Positions 29,220 through 43,053 of a stretch of 64,000 bases of DNA are shown here, one piece after another. Position 1 is the stretch's first letter. Each line of letters starts with the position of its first letter. Source of the stretch: Bispira polyomma (Eukaryota). The stretch is taken from positions 11,842,001 through 11,906,000 of the forward strand of contig OZ287751.1 of the NCBI GenBank assembly GCA_965649765.1, in the 5' to 3' direction. Both the position numbers and the translations under genes were made by a program. A model generated the notes under the pieces. That model saw only the letters and a list, made by a program, of their open reading frames with translations, searched no databases and was not told where the DNA came from.

Positions 29220-29500
29220 GCAGTTATAGAGCACTAAATTGATGAGTACATTCTCTACGCGCTGATATCCAAAGAGGCAAGGTACAGGGGCGAGCAAAAT
29301 GCCATTACCAAAAAGCATCTACCAGGGAAGAGATTAAAGATGGGGCTAGGTCAGTCTAAAATGGTTGGTCTTGAGATGGCTTGTAATACCAGTGATTGTA
29401 TTATGTGACCTAACAGTCTGTGGGAGCTTGTACCATTCAACAGGAGCAGCGACAACAAAGCAACTCCTGCCAATTTTCCTTTTTGGTCAGGTTAAGGAAA
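29220..29500 (-). mobile_element. L2 LINE 3' end fragment
   Basis: GRSCFVVAAPVEWYKLPQTVRS..ITSHLKTNHF resembles the L2 ORF2 terminus (G.R.FS.AAP.LWN.LP...LKT.LF). Confidence 0.6.
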
Positions 29501-29949
29501 CGGAGAGGCGGTTTCCCTGGGTGAGGCTTCAAACTAACTTACTTCCTGTTCATCTATGGACACCCCCACATCCCCACATAAATCCACTATACTGAGTTCC
29601 CATCTGCTTCAATAAAGAGTTGTAATCAAAAGGAGGAATGGTATAAATTGTATTGTATTTCACATTTTAACACGTCTTATTGCGGTGAGGCATCTCCTGA
29701 AGTTCAACAACAGAATCAATTAACCAATCAAGAAGTCTAAAACACACAGCCAGGTCATAAGGAAGGATGTGGGGCGTACAATGAGGGAACCATGAGGGGT
29801 AAAACAGTTTACAGAGATACAGTTTGAGTTTTTACCTAAGCCCAGAAAGTGTTAATACATAATTTAGGCTGGGACACTATTAATAATTTCCATATTAAAA
29901 ACCCCCATAGTTCATAGACAGAACCAGAGTGGTAAGGAAAGTAGCGTTG

Positions 29950-30110
29950 TACCCAGGGTGATAGCTTGAATGAAGAGAAATGATTTTTTTAGTCTTTTGC
30001 GGAATACTGAAATGGATAAACTGGTTATGATATTGAACAACAGAGAATTCCACAATGATGACAAGAATGACCTAGAGAAATATTTATGACCTTCTGTCTT
30101 CGATTGTGTG
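29950..30110 (-). mobile_element. L2/CR1 LINE 3' end fragment
   Basis: FSRSFLSSLWNSLLFNIITSLSISVFRKRLKK, a WNSLP...FKxxLK-type motif. Confidence 0.55.
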
Positions 30111-31829
30111 GAACTCAGGGACATATATGAGGTCCGGATTGCTGATGTTTTTGACAGGGACTTTTTCTTGTTGAAGGCATTTTATTCATATCTACCCCGC
30201 CAGACAACTGTCAAATGGCCATTAGTTGAAACATATTACCAGGCACTTAAGGACCTCATTATAAAACTGTATAAATATAAGCCAAATACAATTAGAAATA
30301 CTCAAGACATAAAATCTCTCAAGTCAAATACATGCAGAAGCCATTGCTCTGCCATCTTTGTCTGACAATTTCCATCCCCTTCGTCTGTCCCAGAATTCAA
30401 TTTACCTGACACATTATCTGTACAAGGCCATCTTCTGAATCCCCTGATTTCAGGATGGTTAAACTTCCTCTGCATAAAGGCATCTATTTCACTCAATTAA
30501 GAACTGGGAGAGGGGCGGAAAAGGGAGACTGTGTATTATGGAGGTTTGGGCCTCTATTTGGGTTGAAAAGTGATTATTGTGGGTCTTGTTAGGACTTAAC
30601 TTTTTGCCCAATTCTTACTCATTCAAAAATTTGTCAAAATTTAACACAAACTGGTGAAAGTTTGATTCATACACAATTTCACATTCTACAAGGAGTAATA
30701 ATATGTTTTCTAAATATATATATATATATCAAAAATCACAACAAAAATTATAGATCCTGTGTAATAACATGGAAAAACTACATGGAAAAAATCTTAAAAA
30801 AGCCATGTTTAATTCTGATTACCTTTAAGTGCACATGTGAGCAGAGATTAAAATCCTTGAGCAACTGATGGGGAGGAAATTGGAATTTCAGGAAGTAATT
30901 TGTCTCATTTAATTAAGTAAAAAACTTGCTCAAGGTGAGGTTTATATGGGGCCACAGACACAGTAACAGTAAAAGGGGAAAGAAGGATTTGTGACTGGAA
31001 GTCTTTTTGTGATAAAAAGAAGGACAATTATCCCAGAATATGATGATGTCAATAGAAGCAGACTCGTGTCAGTATTCTTATGTAATAGTTCTCTTAAGTT
31101 CATATGGAATTAAATTTCAGTCATAATTATTATGCACATGCACAGTGAAATTTAATCAGTGAGTTCACAATACAGGACCAAGTGTGTATGTATAGATAAT
31201 AATGATGTGAATGTTTACAAGGTTTGGAGACACCATGGTTGTAGACATATTAGACCCTGAAAAGGCTGTTTTAATTTAAAAAGTTAATAGATCATTACCA
31301 TTGTCAAACAAACATAATACATTAATTATCTTTATGACAGCTTATAATTGTTTTTTTTTTGTTTTTTTAAATAACTCACTTATTCAATATACATAGACAA
31401 ATTGGCAAACACACTCAGTTAGGAATACCGATGACTTGGGCTCAATCCCAGCAGATACACAGTGCCTACACTTAAAATTGTAGTCCTATGTCATTGGACC
31501 CTCTCCCATGTGGCATATTAACTAAATATTGATAATTGGTCATCCTAAAGTCTTTGTTTCGAGGGTGGTTGGCTAAACATGTGCAGTTACAAAAAGGTTA
31601 TGCAGTGCTTTGAATACGAGACAAAGATAAAAAAATGTGTTGAATATGAATGTGAATATGAATACAAAAATATTAACTGATTTTGTACATTATTATGATC
31701 ATTATACAATATTATTTCTCATTATTATCCAAACAAGATTTCTTTTTCCCAAAAATATCAAAAAATATCAGACAGTCTGTTTTAATTTCTTTTATATTAT
31801 ATTCTAAAGCTGTCAAGGCAGCTGCAAAG

Positions 31830-32000
31830 GTTACTTGGTAACCCTCATCTTCTGCTTGAGAATTGATAACAGCATAGCACTGAAGAAGTCTGTTAATCTG
31901 GCTCATATATCAGTTTTTAAAATCATCATCAATAGGGTTGTATCATCGGCATACAGTTGTGGGATCTGGTCTGTCATGCAATCCCCCCTGCTGTTAATAA
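31830..32000 (-). mobile_element. LINE RT fragment
   Basis: QLYADDTTL at ~31935-31962. Confidence 0.5.
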
Positions 32001-33899
32001 TATCTGTCTCTTGTGTCTAGTATATTAAAAAGGCAAAACAAAACCACTTCTATCTGTACATGGCTTGTCTTAAAATACTTGCTGCTTCTATTTGGCGTGG
32101 GTGGTATACACTAGCTTTGGCATAAAACTATAAAATAGGTAAAAGCCTATTTTATTGTCTGTTAATAAAAATCAGGTTAGATTTAGATTTGATTATACTC
32201 TTTAACAGCATTTCGGTAATTGAGTAATATATTGCGTCAAATGATTGCACAAAGTCCTGACAGATAAATGTGTCTGATTTTAAAAAAAAAATGCCTAAAC
32301 TAATTTGTAATTAGTACAAATGTAAAACCAGATTATATTCCAGCACTAAATATATTTAAGATTTACTTTAGCTTTCTAATTATTGTCAGACAGACCTTGT
32401 CCCCAATATGAGCAGTCAAATGCATGGCATTGTGGGATACTGTGTACTTTCTCTTGCTGAATGACAAGAAAATCTTCTTGGGACTTTTGGGGGAAAGAAT
32501 CGGTCTCATACTGAAGCTATTAGTGATGGAGGATTATATTTACTCAGGATCTTTGATCATCCTTTGGGATAAAGGGGGCTGTCCACTTTCTAGAATAACA
32601 AAGAAATACAACAAAAAATGTATCTTGGATCAGATATCCTTATGGATGTAATGTGAGTTCCAGACGTTTTGGTAAATTTATTATTTAGTTGGGTTGTTTG
32701 TTCCTAAGATTACACAAAAACTACATGCAATTTAGCATGGACGGAAAGAGAATGGGCCAATAAAGAATCCTCTAACAGAAGTGGGTCTAAGTGGGAGGGG
32801 CAGATCCTAGAATCGTTATTATAACTTTTAGAACGGTCGTACCTTGGGCTGGGGGAGATATAGACTCAAAAATCAAAAAAAAAGTTCACTTGAGAAACTT
32901 ATTTTCTACAGCCCAAGTCTAGTAGCCGAAATAAGTAAGATACATCCCCAGTGTAAATACCCACTGATACAATATATTTACTACACTACTTCAATCGTCG
33001 AAGGAACCTTTTATTGAATATCCATAACTAAGATACTAATCAAACTGTTCAGTCATGCAATAAAGACAAACTGTGCATCATTATAAGGGCACACCACTTA
33101 ATGCACATCAATCAATCAAGTCCTTATTGTTCATACACTACTATCTTTTTGGCCTTCCTCCATTCCTCCCTAACACCCCCCCCCCCCCTTCCCCAATAAA
33201 ACAACTCAGCAAATGTACACATTCTGTGCACGTCACTGCAATGCAAATGTAAACAAAGGACGAGAGAAACTGAAAAATGAAAAAAAAAATGAATGAACAC
33301 CCGACAATAATCCTCCACTATTCTTAAAAGATGAGAAGAATAAGTAAAAAAAAACAAAAACACTGAACCTCCTTCGTCAATGGGACTCATTTAATCTATA
33401 TGTACCTCCCTTTTTGCACACACTTTGACAGCTTTGACAACAACAAGAACAAGAAACCAGAACATGTCAACATAATGGTAGCAGCCTTTTTTGTATCAAC
33501 TATTAGGCTTACTGATTAGCTCTGTGAGAGTTTGTTTGTCTCTACAGTGTTTACTAATGCTAGAAGAAACAACAGGGGGGTCCTTTCTTTAGTCTTTTTT
33601 AGACCTAAATCAATGCCCTATCACACAAAGCCTTTTTAGGCTGAAGTAAATGGCCTCCCATCGTAAATGGAACAAACATAGGAAACATCACAATATCTTT
33701 TGGATAAAAATAGAATTCAGATTTGTGGTAGATATTTTGGGTATAAATTTATCTTTCTAGATACTTATTCAGAAAATTAAGGGTTTTGTGGAAGTTTTAT
33801 ATCCATCCTTTTTGGTGTGTTTTAACAGAAAAAGCAGAAAGTCTCTTTCCTCTGTTGAGGTTACTGAAGGAAACACGAGAAGCAAGATGGAAGGGCTGC

Positions 33900-34520
33900 T
33901 GAGAGACAACAGCTTTAAAAGTATATACATTTTACTTAGAAGTAATTAATTTGGCTTTCAAGTTTGCTTTTATTTTAGTTCAGAAAATACTTGAACCTGT
34001 ATTTACAACTATTCTTAGAAGGCCAATTGCCTTGTATCAGCCATACTTAGCTATACAATATTTTCAGCCAAATATATTCTTTTAGACAAAAAAGCTAAGA
34101 ATAAGAATCTTTCTTAATACCAAGTGTAGATATCCATATAAAATTATCCCAAGTATGATTAATGCCAAGTCCCAGGAAATGTTTGTGTTGTATTTACCAA
34201 CTTCTCTGGCTTAAATGCTGTCTTTAAATCTACAAATACATAATGTATCATTTACGAAGCACTTACAAAATATCTTCCTAATATCTCCTAATATCTTTCC
34301 CCTTTCTGTCACACCTTTTAGATGCCACATTTTTGGATTTTTAGTAAACCCTTTGAAGATGGATTAGAAAAAGACTACAAAATTTTGTGCTTTTCATATT
34401 GACACAAAAAGACGGGGACAAGACATTACCAATGCAGTTTGAGGTAAGAAGCTTTTGTTAAATGCCACAACAATAATGGCTGATTAGATAGGCCCAAGGT
34501 CAACAACACTTTTTATCAAC
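33900..34520 (-). mobile_element. Highly degraded LINE RT fragment
   Basis: VFVDLKTAF at ~34215-34240; boundaries approximate. Confidence 0.35.
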
Positions 34521-37500
34521 AAGAACTTAAGTAGCCAACAGACCTATCCTAAAACTAGCCATCTGTCACTTACCACAAGCCATTTACTAAGGTGGTGACT
34601 GGATGGGAATGAATATTGGTTTCCAAGTCTTAAAGTCCAACCACCACATTTGGTCTACATGAGTAAATCGTCACAATAATTTCTTCTACTAAGATTTTGC
34701 AATAAGCTAATCAACAAAAGCAACAGTAAAGGTCTCTTTTTAACTGTTTTTTAATGCTCAGTGCCTAATTGCTTCCATATATTATTGTCTATGATGAACT
34801 TAAAAAAAGACTAACTTTGTGTCTGAGTATTTAAGACATTAATAATAATAATAATGCATTTTTAACGCGCTTTATTGATGCCAGGCATCTTCTAAAGCGC
34901 AACAGCAGAATCAGTGATCCAATGGTAAAGTCCATGGGCATAGCAAGACATTACCATGTTGTTATGTAGGATGACATGTATAAATTTTTTTAGAAATAAA
35001 TCAATATATGAATTAAATATGAATCTGTTGGTGCCTTTTGAGCAATTATAGCTGAGAAAAATGCTGCAATTATCAAGAACATGCAATACACTATAATTAC
35101 TTTTAACACACTCTATACCTGTATAGAGTTGCCGTCTAGTTTTTTAGTTAAAAGCCACAAAATCTAGTCTCCCTGTCTCTTCAATGTAGAAATGGGCATA
35201 AACACATATACAACTTTTAATAAAAACCATGTAATGGCCTATTACCCCTCAGCAAAACATCCATTATGTCCTTTGATAGAAGATGCTATATAAATTTGTT
35301 TTCCTGAAAGCAAATGGCCTTTCCTTTGTATTTAGTTGCTGCAAAGAACGAAAAAACAAGAAATCTAGGAGCTATATTTAGATTCTTTAACCTAGTGTTA
35401 TGGTTCAAGGTTTTATAATATCTTCTGTTAAAGATAAAACAAAGTATTGTGCAAACTATATAATACTAAATCTAAAGTTAATGCATTTTTGTCTACTGTG
35501 ATTACTGTGCTTTTTATTTTTGCTCGAAGAAATCACTATGTTCATGGGGAGACATGGGATATATTGCATCTACTATCCCTTGCTTCCAAATATTTCAAAA
35601 TTGGTGAAGATACATTCTATTAAATAAATAGTTATCAAGTCATTTTTTTACAGAAATAATAGTTTTTTGTTGTTTTTTTTTTTGTATTTTGTTATCTATT
35701 TTTATCATTAAATAAATATCATATATAGATGAAACAATAATATATATTATATAATGCATAACATTTATAATGTACATGTAAATAGTTCTCATCCAAAACT
35801 TGACAACTGTGATAACTCTACAAATAACTCAACTCACACATGAAAAGTAAATTTTACCAGTATCCTTAAGTCCTGAGGGACATGCCACAGATTGCATTGA
35901 AGAAAACGGTCCCAAAATACATTGATTTGTTGCCAAAACCCAAAAAAAGAAAATGCTAAGTTGAAGCTGTGGTAACTGTCTTTATGTGACTCAAGAGTTC
36001 TCATTTCATGTCCTGCAGACTGTGATTTTTTATGGGAGTTGGAGGCCTGGATTTCTATTTGTCATCATGATGACAGATCATTCAAGACAATGTCAAAGCA
36101 GTACATTTTAACAAAAGTCAGACTATAGATTGAGTTTTCGAGTTTCAAGTATCGTTAAACCAAACTCATATTACATTTAAATAACTGTATTTTTGAAATA
36201 TGTTTAAGTTTTTTTTTGTAGGTGTTTAACTTTTGGCTCATAAACATTGTTTCTAATACAGGTTGTTCTTAATCCCAAATTACAATATAGTTGATGAAAC
36301 AAAACATGTGAAATTGGTCTGAAATGTTCTGCATGTCAATCCATATCTGATACTTCTAAAAACAAATTGAAAAGTGAAAGAAGGGCTCTTATTAGACAGG
36401 GGAAACAATTAGAATAATTAAACCATAATTGTGAAGTAGATATCCAAATGGTGGTCCTTCAATGCATTGGGGCTCTAAACAAAACTTTTGGAGCCCATAG
36501 GATTACATAGGATCCTATACATAGGATTTGGATTTTGTCACATTTATTGGTTTCAATTAAGAGGGATTACCTTCAAAACAGGATTAATGTGTCTTAAATT
36601 GTTGCAACATCCTTGTTTCACACAATTTTATATCCACTATATAGATGCATATGGTGGACAGAAATGATAGCTTATCCACAAAATATATTAAGGTAACTTT
36701 TTACACAATAACATAAAACTTATGACCAACTTAGATAAATATGTCTTACCAATAGATATGCACAATCAATCCTAATTTTTGGTAGTTTTTTTTTTCTCAA
36801 ACACAAGACAAATAATCTATATGTGCAAATGTAATCTAGTAATGTAACAACAAACCATGACGTGACATACAATGTATACTTATGGCCATTTTCTAGTAAA
36901 CAAGTGAATTGCAATTAGCCAAATATAGGGGAGTCCTGTTGGCACACCATATTCCCATTAGAGTCTATCAGAATCCCTACAGTCATTTCACACACTAGCT
37001 GATTTTACCATTTAGGTCAAGATGTTGTTTCTATTTTTATTATAGTTGTGTTACCATATTTATCATAAATAGTACACCAATGAAAAAGTTTCATCCAGTT
37101 TGTATTCACCTTATATATATACATTGTAAATCTCAACCTAAAGTTGACAACAACGCAACATTTGTTGATTCAATCTAGCCACCATATCTCTACTGGTTAT
37201 TGTGTATGCAAGCCTGGTCAAAAGATACCCAATAGTACAAACATAGAACCAGTATCTATCAAAACAATTAGCCAAAATATGATAAGTCCTGATCAGTTAA
37301 GTTTGTGCTACAGAATGGCTCCTGCTATAACTATTAATCTCATGTGGTCTCGTGAGGCTTAGTGGTTGAGGAGTTTGTCTGGTTAACCGCAGATTTCCGG
37401 TCATCTCCTAGCGGTATCATAATGGTTGCCGGGTGATAATCCTTGTACAAGATGTGAACTGGCCATTCCATATTTTACGCCAACAAAAGCTATGTTGTAG

Positions 37501-37534
37501 GACTATTTCTTCCATGGAACTTTACTTGGGATCT

Positions 37535-37680
37535 ACGTCGCTTTCAACAGCTTAGGTCATATCACGATGGTCAGATTTAATGGCGTAGGAAACCACTGCC
37601 CTGTACATATGTATAGCAAGTGTCTGACAAACTTTCCCTCATGATGGAACAAATGCGATTCAATCCTACATTGTTGAGAT
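37535..37680 (-). mobile_element. tRNA-derived SINE copy
   Basis: Reverse complement of the shared tail and core (GGAAAGTTTGTCAGACACTTGC..GGTTTCCT..ATGACCTAAGCTGTTGAAAGCGACGTA). Confidence 0.65.
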
Positions 37681-37740
37681 ACCAGTGATTATGAAGCTAA
37701 TTATTCTAACAATAAGACCATCATGCTCCCCTACTCCCCT

Positions 37741-37773
<33 letters not shown>

Positions 37774-37791
37774 GTCGGAATAAGCTCCTAA

Positions 37792-38072
37792 ATGTAAGCG
37801 GTCTCCGATATCGGACGTCAGATTTGCGAAATGGGATTTCTTGTCCACCCTACACTTCCCTACACAGACACACCTCGTCTTGAAAACTATTGGATTATCT
37901 ACGATTTTATATTCTCATCCGATTTTTCCACTATTGGACCCAAAATTTTTAAGTCGGAAGCCACTAATCGTGTGTCGTAATTCACCATCTGACACATGTG
38001 TACAACTAGGACAAAAAACATGAGAAAAAAATTGTTCTCGCAAATCTGGCTTCTGATATCGGCCACATACAT
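37792..38072. mobile_element. MITE
   Basis: Inverted repeat 37805-37829 versus 38038-38062 (22/25 match). Confidence 0.7.
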
Positions 38073-38081
38073 GTGTACATA

Positions 38082-38318
38082 CAGGGGTGAACAGCTTAGC
38101 GGAAGGTGGACAGCTTAGCCGACAGTGACTTAAAATGTACACAGTTTATCCATTTAACAAGTAATCTGGCCCGTTTTGAATGTAAAGTCTGTATTTACAA
38201 TGAAATTAGTGGGTAAAGTACTTGATATTTTAATGATGGTTTTTTTAAAGGCAACAAATTTTATCTTTTAAGTTACTGTCCACTATCACTGTCCCGTCCG
38301 CTAAGCTGTCCACCCCTG
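38082..38318. mobile_element. Tc1/mariner-type MITE
   Basis: TIRs CAGGGGTGRACAGCTTAGCGGA (21/22) flanked by TA on both sides. Confidence 0.85.
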
Positions 38319-38648
38319 TACTCCTAGAGGATGGATACATCAGTTTGGCACTATATGCTTTATAATAGAATTTAATAACTACTACATCACCCAGCTTTAC
38401 GTCAATTATTATTTTTATTTCAATTTATCTTCTTAAATCTAAAAGGAACACAGAAGAAACTACTACAATACTACAATTGCAACCATCCAGTCTGAATTAT
38501 TGATGCTAATTGCTGATTAGGCCAAGAAAAGCACCTGCAAGATTTCCTATAATTAGACTAAGATACATCAGGGTAGTTATTGAAAAAGGTGCACACTTCA
38601 CTCGAAAGGGATTTTTAGTTTACCTTAGGTACATTGTACCGCTAGTAA

Positions 38649-39489
38649 AGTGGGGGTTCCACATTCAAGTTCGATCGGCAAAATGGGCCCAATTTTGAAG
38701 TCGGAAAGGTCGGGGGCGAAAAAATCAATAAAATCCACTTTTTGGGCGGGAAAATGACCCGACCTTGCCAATCGAACTGATTGCGCCCTGTTTTGATGGG
38801 CCCACGACCCCGATCTCACTTTACTGGTGATAGGATCTGACGTATCACCCTAGGATCGAACTTATCAGCAATACAATCTGACAGATTTATATCCCCGACT
38901 ATAAGGATCGAACTTATTAAAACTCAAAGTCGGGACTATTATGGTATAATATAGATGACAAAATGAGGTTATTGTAACTATATATAAAAGAAATAATACC
39001 TGTTTAGACCTCATTTTTGATTTAAGTTTGTTGTAAATAACAGCAAATAAATTCATCGTTCGCGTACATGAACTTTACCAGAAGTCACAAAGGTAAAGAA
39101 CTTTTAAACTGATTTCCGTTAACAAAATGACAAACTAGGTTTAAAATATGTGTCTATATTCTTCCCGACTTTCCATACCACCCCGTTTTTGCCCCACGAC
39201 CTATTCGTTAGGACAGCGTTAGGACAGGCCGGGAGTGATATTAAGACCTATCAGACAGAACGTATCGCCAATAGGATTGAACTTATTCGCCGAAGCCGAC
39301 CTTCCCATTTTTAGAGGTCGGGGACACAAGTCGGGACACTTTTCAAAATATCTAATTTTTTTTATATTCTTCCCGACCTTCCCAACCACCCCCTTTTTGG
39401 CCCCCGACCTATACGTTTTGCCGTTTATCCTATTATCGATCACAAAGTCTGGAAGGTCGGGAACCAAATCCTGAGTGTGGAACCCCCCT
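38649..39489. mobile_element. Non-autonomous DNA transposon, Kolobok-like
   Basis: Ends AG(T)GGGGGTTCCACAYTCA are inverted. TTAA lies at the right and GTAA at the left. CpG-rich with many internal GTCGGG/CCCGAC motifs. Confidence 0.65.
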
Positions 39490-39894
39490 TTAACATAAAC
39501 TATATAATAGAATACCTATTTGCAAATAGAACATGTACATTTGTAAGGATATTAAAGATGAAGGTCATGTTGTGAGTACTATTGAGATGATTGCAATACT
39601 TTCTATAAATGCTTAACAAAAACATCATGGTGTTTACAGCTAATCTGATCAGGCACATTTATATATGTATAAAACATGTTATTTTAAATAACCAACAACT
39701 GACATAGAAAAAAATGTGGAAGAATGAAATATCAAAATTGAAGGTTTATGACTACAGCATTAATCTGTATCTCATATCCATTTTAAAATGCTATTATGGT
39801 TGTTGATTAGACTGTCTCGTCACTGTCAATTTTATTTAAAGTTGCATATAAGCTTTTGTGGAGGGCTGGGTATCCTTTGAATTTGAATAAGGTT

Positions 39895-40025
39895 GAGTTG
39901 CACATCGCTTTACATCACTTTCAACAGCTTAGGTCATATGATGACAGTCAGACATTAAGGTGAAAGAAACCGAGGCTGATCCACTATAAGCCACAGACCA
40001 TTGTCGAGTGCCTGACAAGCTTTAC
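39895..40025 (-). mobile_element. SINE 3' portion
   Basis: CTTTCAACAGCTTAGGTCATAT is identical to the 37541 copy. Confidence 0.6.
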
Positions 40026-42095
40026 TACTTGAAGCTGATAGGTTTTTTCTTATTTTTCAGGATCATGTTATATACTCTCAAACTTCATATAACTTTTGGT
40101 AACTGATATACTCATTGGTCCATTTTTCTTATTTTTACGGTCATGTGCTATACCCATGGGTCCGTTTTTCTGATGGGTCATGTGACTTATGGATAGAAGC
40201 TAAAGTATATTTGCTGTGATAACATTTGCAATGTACATTTACATAGTAAATGTCTTTTTCTCCTTGGTCCCCTTCATCTTTGCAATGTAGCTGTGATATT
40301 ATTGGTAATTATATTAAATATGCTTTGGTTTTAATGTATTACACAATAACAGCCATAAAATGGAAATACAAATAGTGATTTATTTCAAGATTAGTTTTAG
40401 GCAGATTTAATGTCTATGATGTTCGAAACACCCAATGAAAAATTAAGGCGATAAAAATCCTGCTACATTTGTAAACCCTATTAACTTTTCTTCATTATGT
40501 ACTTCATGTGTGTATCAAAATCTATAAACAGTATCAACTATTAGGAACAATAATGAACCGTCCCCTTATTGTAGTTGGCCCAATACACACCAGTAGATTA
40601 GTTTTATTTATGCCACGTCCTTTCACGAATCAGTTGTGTGTTGAGAAACTTTTAAGGAGGAATGTGTGTTAGTGTTATAACTTATGGTTACACCGTTGCC
40701 TTCTAAAGGATAGAATATACAAGTGACAGAGTACAGTACTGTATAATATAATAGATTGATGACCATTAAATTTTTGTGCCTAACATTTGTGAGTATGTGT
40801 TTGTCAATATTAAACTTCTTATTATACTAATAAATGAATATATACCAATCGTCTATCCTCTCATACTTTTCTATAATAGAATGAAAGGTTGCATCATAGC
40901 TTAAAGTAAAATAAATATAAACATATCATACAAGTATCATCTTTTCAATGCATCATGGATTAAATCACCATAAATTTAGTCATCTGTTCATTCGCATACT
41001 TTCCCATCCATCTTTTCTACTTCATTTGAACTTTACCCTGAATGTCATATATTTATCATTTACCATAGTTAATTGAAAGTATTATCTCTCAGAGAACAAA
41101 GCTTATTCTATTTTAAAGCAAAGCAAATCTTTAACTAATATCCATCTACTAACTCCTATAGCTTGTCATTTTCTCCCTTCTATATTTGCTACTCAAGCAC
41201 CCCCCCCCTTCCCCCAATGCTTTAGAAGAGGGGAAAATATCTTTTAATGTACCACAGTTCATCTTACAGAAGACAGGTTCAGGTTGATTTAAATAAATCT
41301 ATTTAAGGACAAAGGACTCCTTGTAAATCCCATGAGCCATAAAAGTCTACCATGGTCTGCATGTACAGGAATGTGCTAAGAATAAGATGTTTACATGTAA
41401 AGACCTTCCAGTTAAGAGCAGATCTTGGTGACAAGGGGACCCTTGCCAGGGATGTGAAGTGGTAAATGAAATAATGCTGATGACAAAGCTGTGAAATTAT
41501 TTCCTATTTTTGGTTTTAATGACAAAGTTCAAGATCGACTGCGACAAACACTGTTTTGGGGAAGGAGGGAGGGGAATAACCTTTAAAGCATTCGATTCTG
41601 ACATATTTTTTATCAGAATGCACTGCACCTTTTGGACTAATAACATTGTGTAATGAGTTCTTGGCTGCATGATTCGTTTTTGGTATTTATGCTCTGACAT
41701 GGTGTGATTTATAATCCATAACTTACATTATAATTACCAATTAGACCTAAAAATCGTTGCTTTCATTTTTCACTTAATTGGGTATAAAATAAATAGTGCA
41801 AAAAAATTTTTAATTCGTTATTAGTCCTTGCCAGGAAAATGTGTATTTATAGTAAATTGTCAGTCAGCTTTAAATGACATAAATCATATCATTTCAATTA
41901 ATGGAAACAATTAGCCTAATTGTTCAGGTGAGAAACAGCCACCATTCAACACTGTTCCCAACAAAATACCACCTCAGAGATATACTCATCAATTAACTAT
42001 CAATGAAATATGTGATTTTATTGATTTATAAATTTCTTGGTCAGGCAGTATCATTAAACTATTAATCAGTACACACATATCACAAGTTAACTTCA

Positions 42096-42456
42096 AGTAC
42101 ACCTGGATGGTTAAGGTGAGTCTTACCTGTTAATATTGGCACACTTAACTAAATCTGATATTTAGACATCTAATTATTTTACAATCCAGTACATTTAGGT
42201 GGTCTAGGTGCATCTTACTTGTAAGTATGGGCGCCCATTACTAAATCTGATATTTAGACATCTAATTATTTTACAATCCAGTACATTTAGGTGGTCTAGG
42301 TGCATCTTACTTGTAAGTATGGGCGCCCATTACTAAATCTGATATTTAGACATCTAATTATTTTACAATCCAGTACATTTAGGTGGTTTAGGTGCATCTT
42401 ACTTGTAAGTATGGACACCCATTACTAAATCTGATATTTGGACATCTAATTATTTT
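42096..42456. repeat. 92-bp tandem repeat (3.4 near-identical units plus a degenerate upstream partial)
   Basis: ACTAAATCTGATATTT starts at 42148, 42240, 42332 and 42424. Confidence 0.95.
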
Positions 42457-43053
42457 GAAAATGTAAGATGGGATAGCTATATACAGCAAAATATGTCCAT
42501 ATCTAAACATTTCATTGATGTTTACAGTCTCATTTCTAACATACTCTACACTCTTTTACCCATGACAGGTAATCGATCACTTAGAGATCTTTAGATTGCG
42601 CTGGGGTCAGAGTGGACTCCATACAAATTTGTTTGTCTAATCAATTATGACATAATTGGATGACAACTACTAAAACTTTAATCACTGTAACTGAAGCCAC
42701 ACAAAGCTGTGGAAAAAATTTAGGCCTGGAGTTCAGCTGATACAGACTATAGCTTGCCTTTGCCTATTCATAGTAAATGTATCCAGCCAAAACATATTCA
42801 TTTCTTGAATTTATTTATTTTTCATCTTACAGCTATAGGCGGGTCCACTTCGCCAGATTAAATGGTTTTTATGGTTTAACCACCTTTTGGATATATCCCT
42901 TGTTGGAGATATTTGAAAGAGTAGTTAAATATATGTGAACATTATGGAAAGTTGTTAGGATGTCTGTCTATACTGACCCTTGGTGTACAGATGAGTGTTA
43001 GTTAGTTGACTTAGTCAGCCTTATTACAGATATATAACCATTTCTTCACTTAC

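Larger units (their letters stand above)
6232..43053 (-). other. ~36.8-kb intron 1 of the RGK gene
   Basis: GT..AG ends. Phase 1 on both sides gives a continuous G1-to-switch sequence (...GFVDKS-D-EDGEKSV...). No other long ORF of host-gene type lies inside. Confidence 0.75.

Noticed and set aside
41478-41496. CTGATGA...GAAA hammerhead
   Set aside because: The stem II closing pair and stem I are missing.
42148-42456. Regularly spaced repeats as a CRISPR array
   Set aside because: Whole 92-bp units are repeated with no unique spacers; the context is eukaryotic and there are no cas genes.
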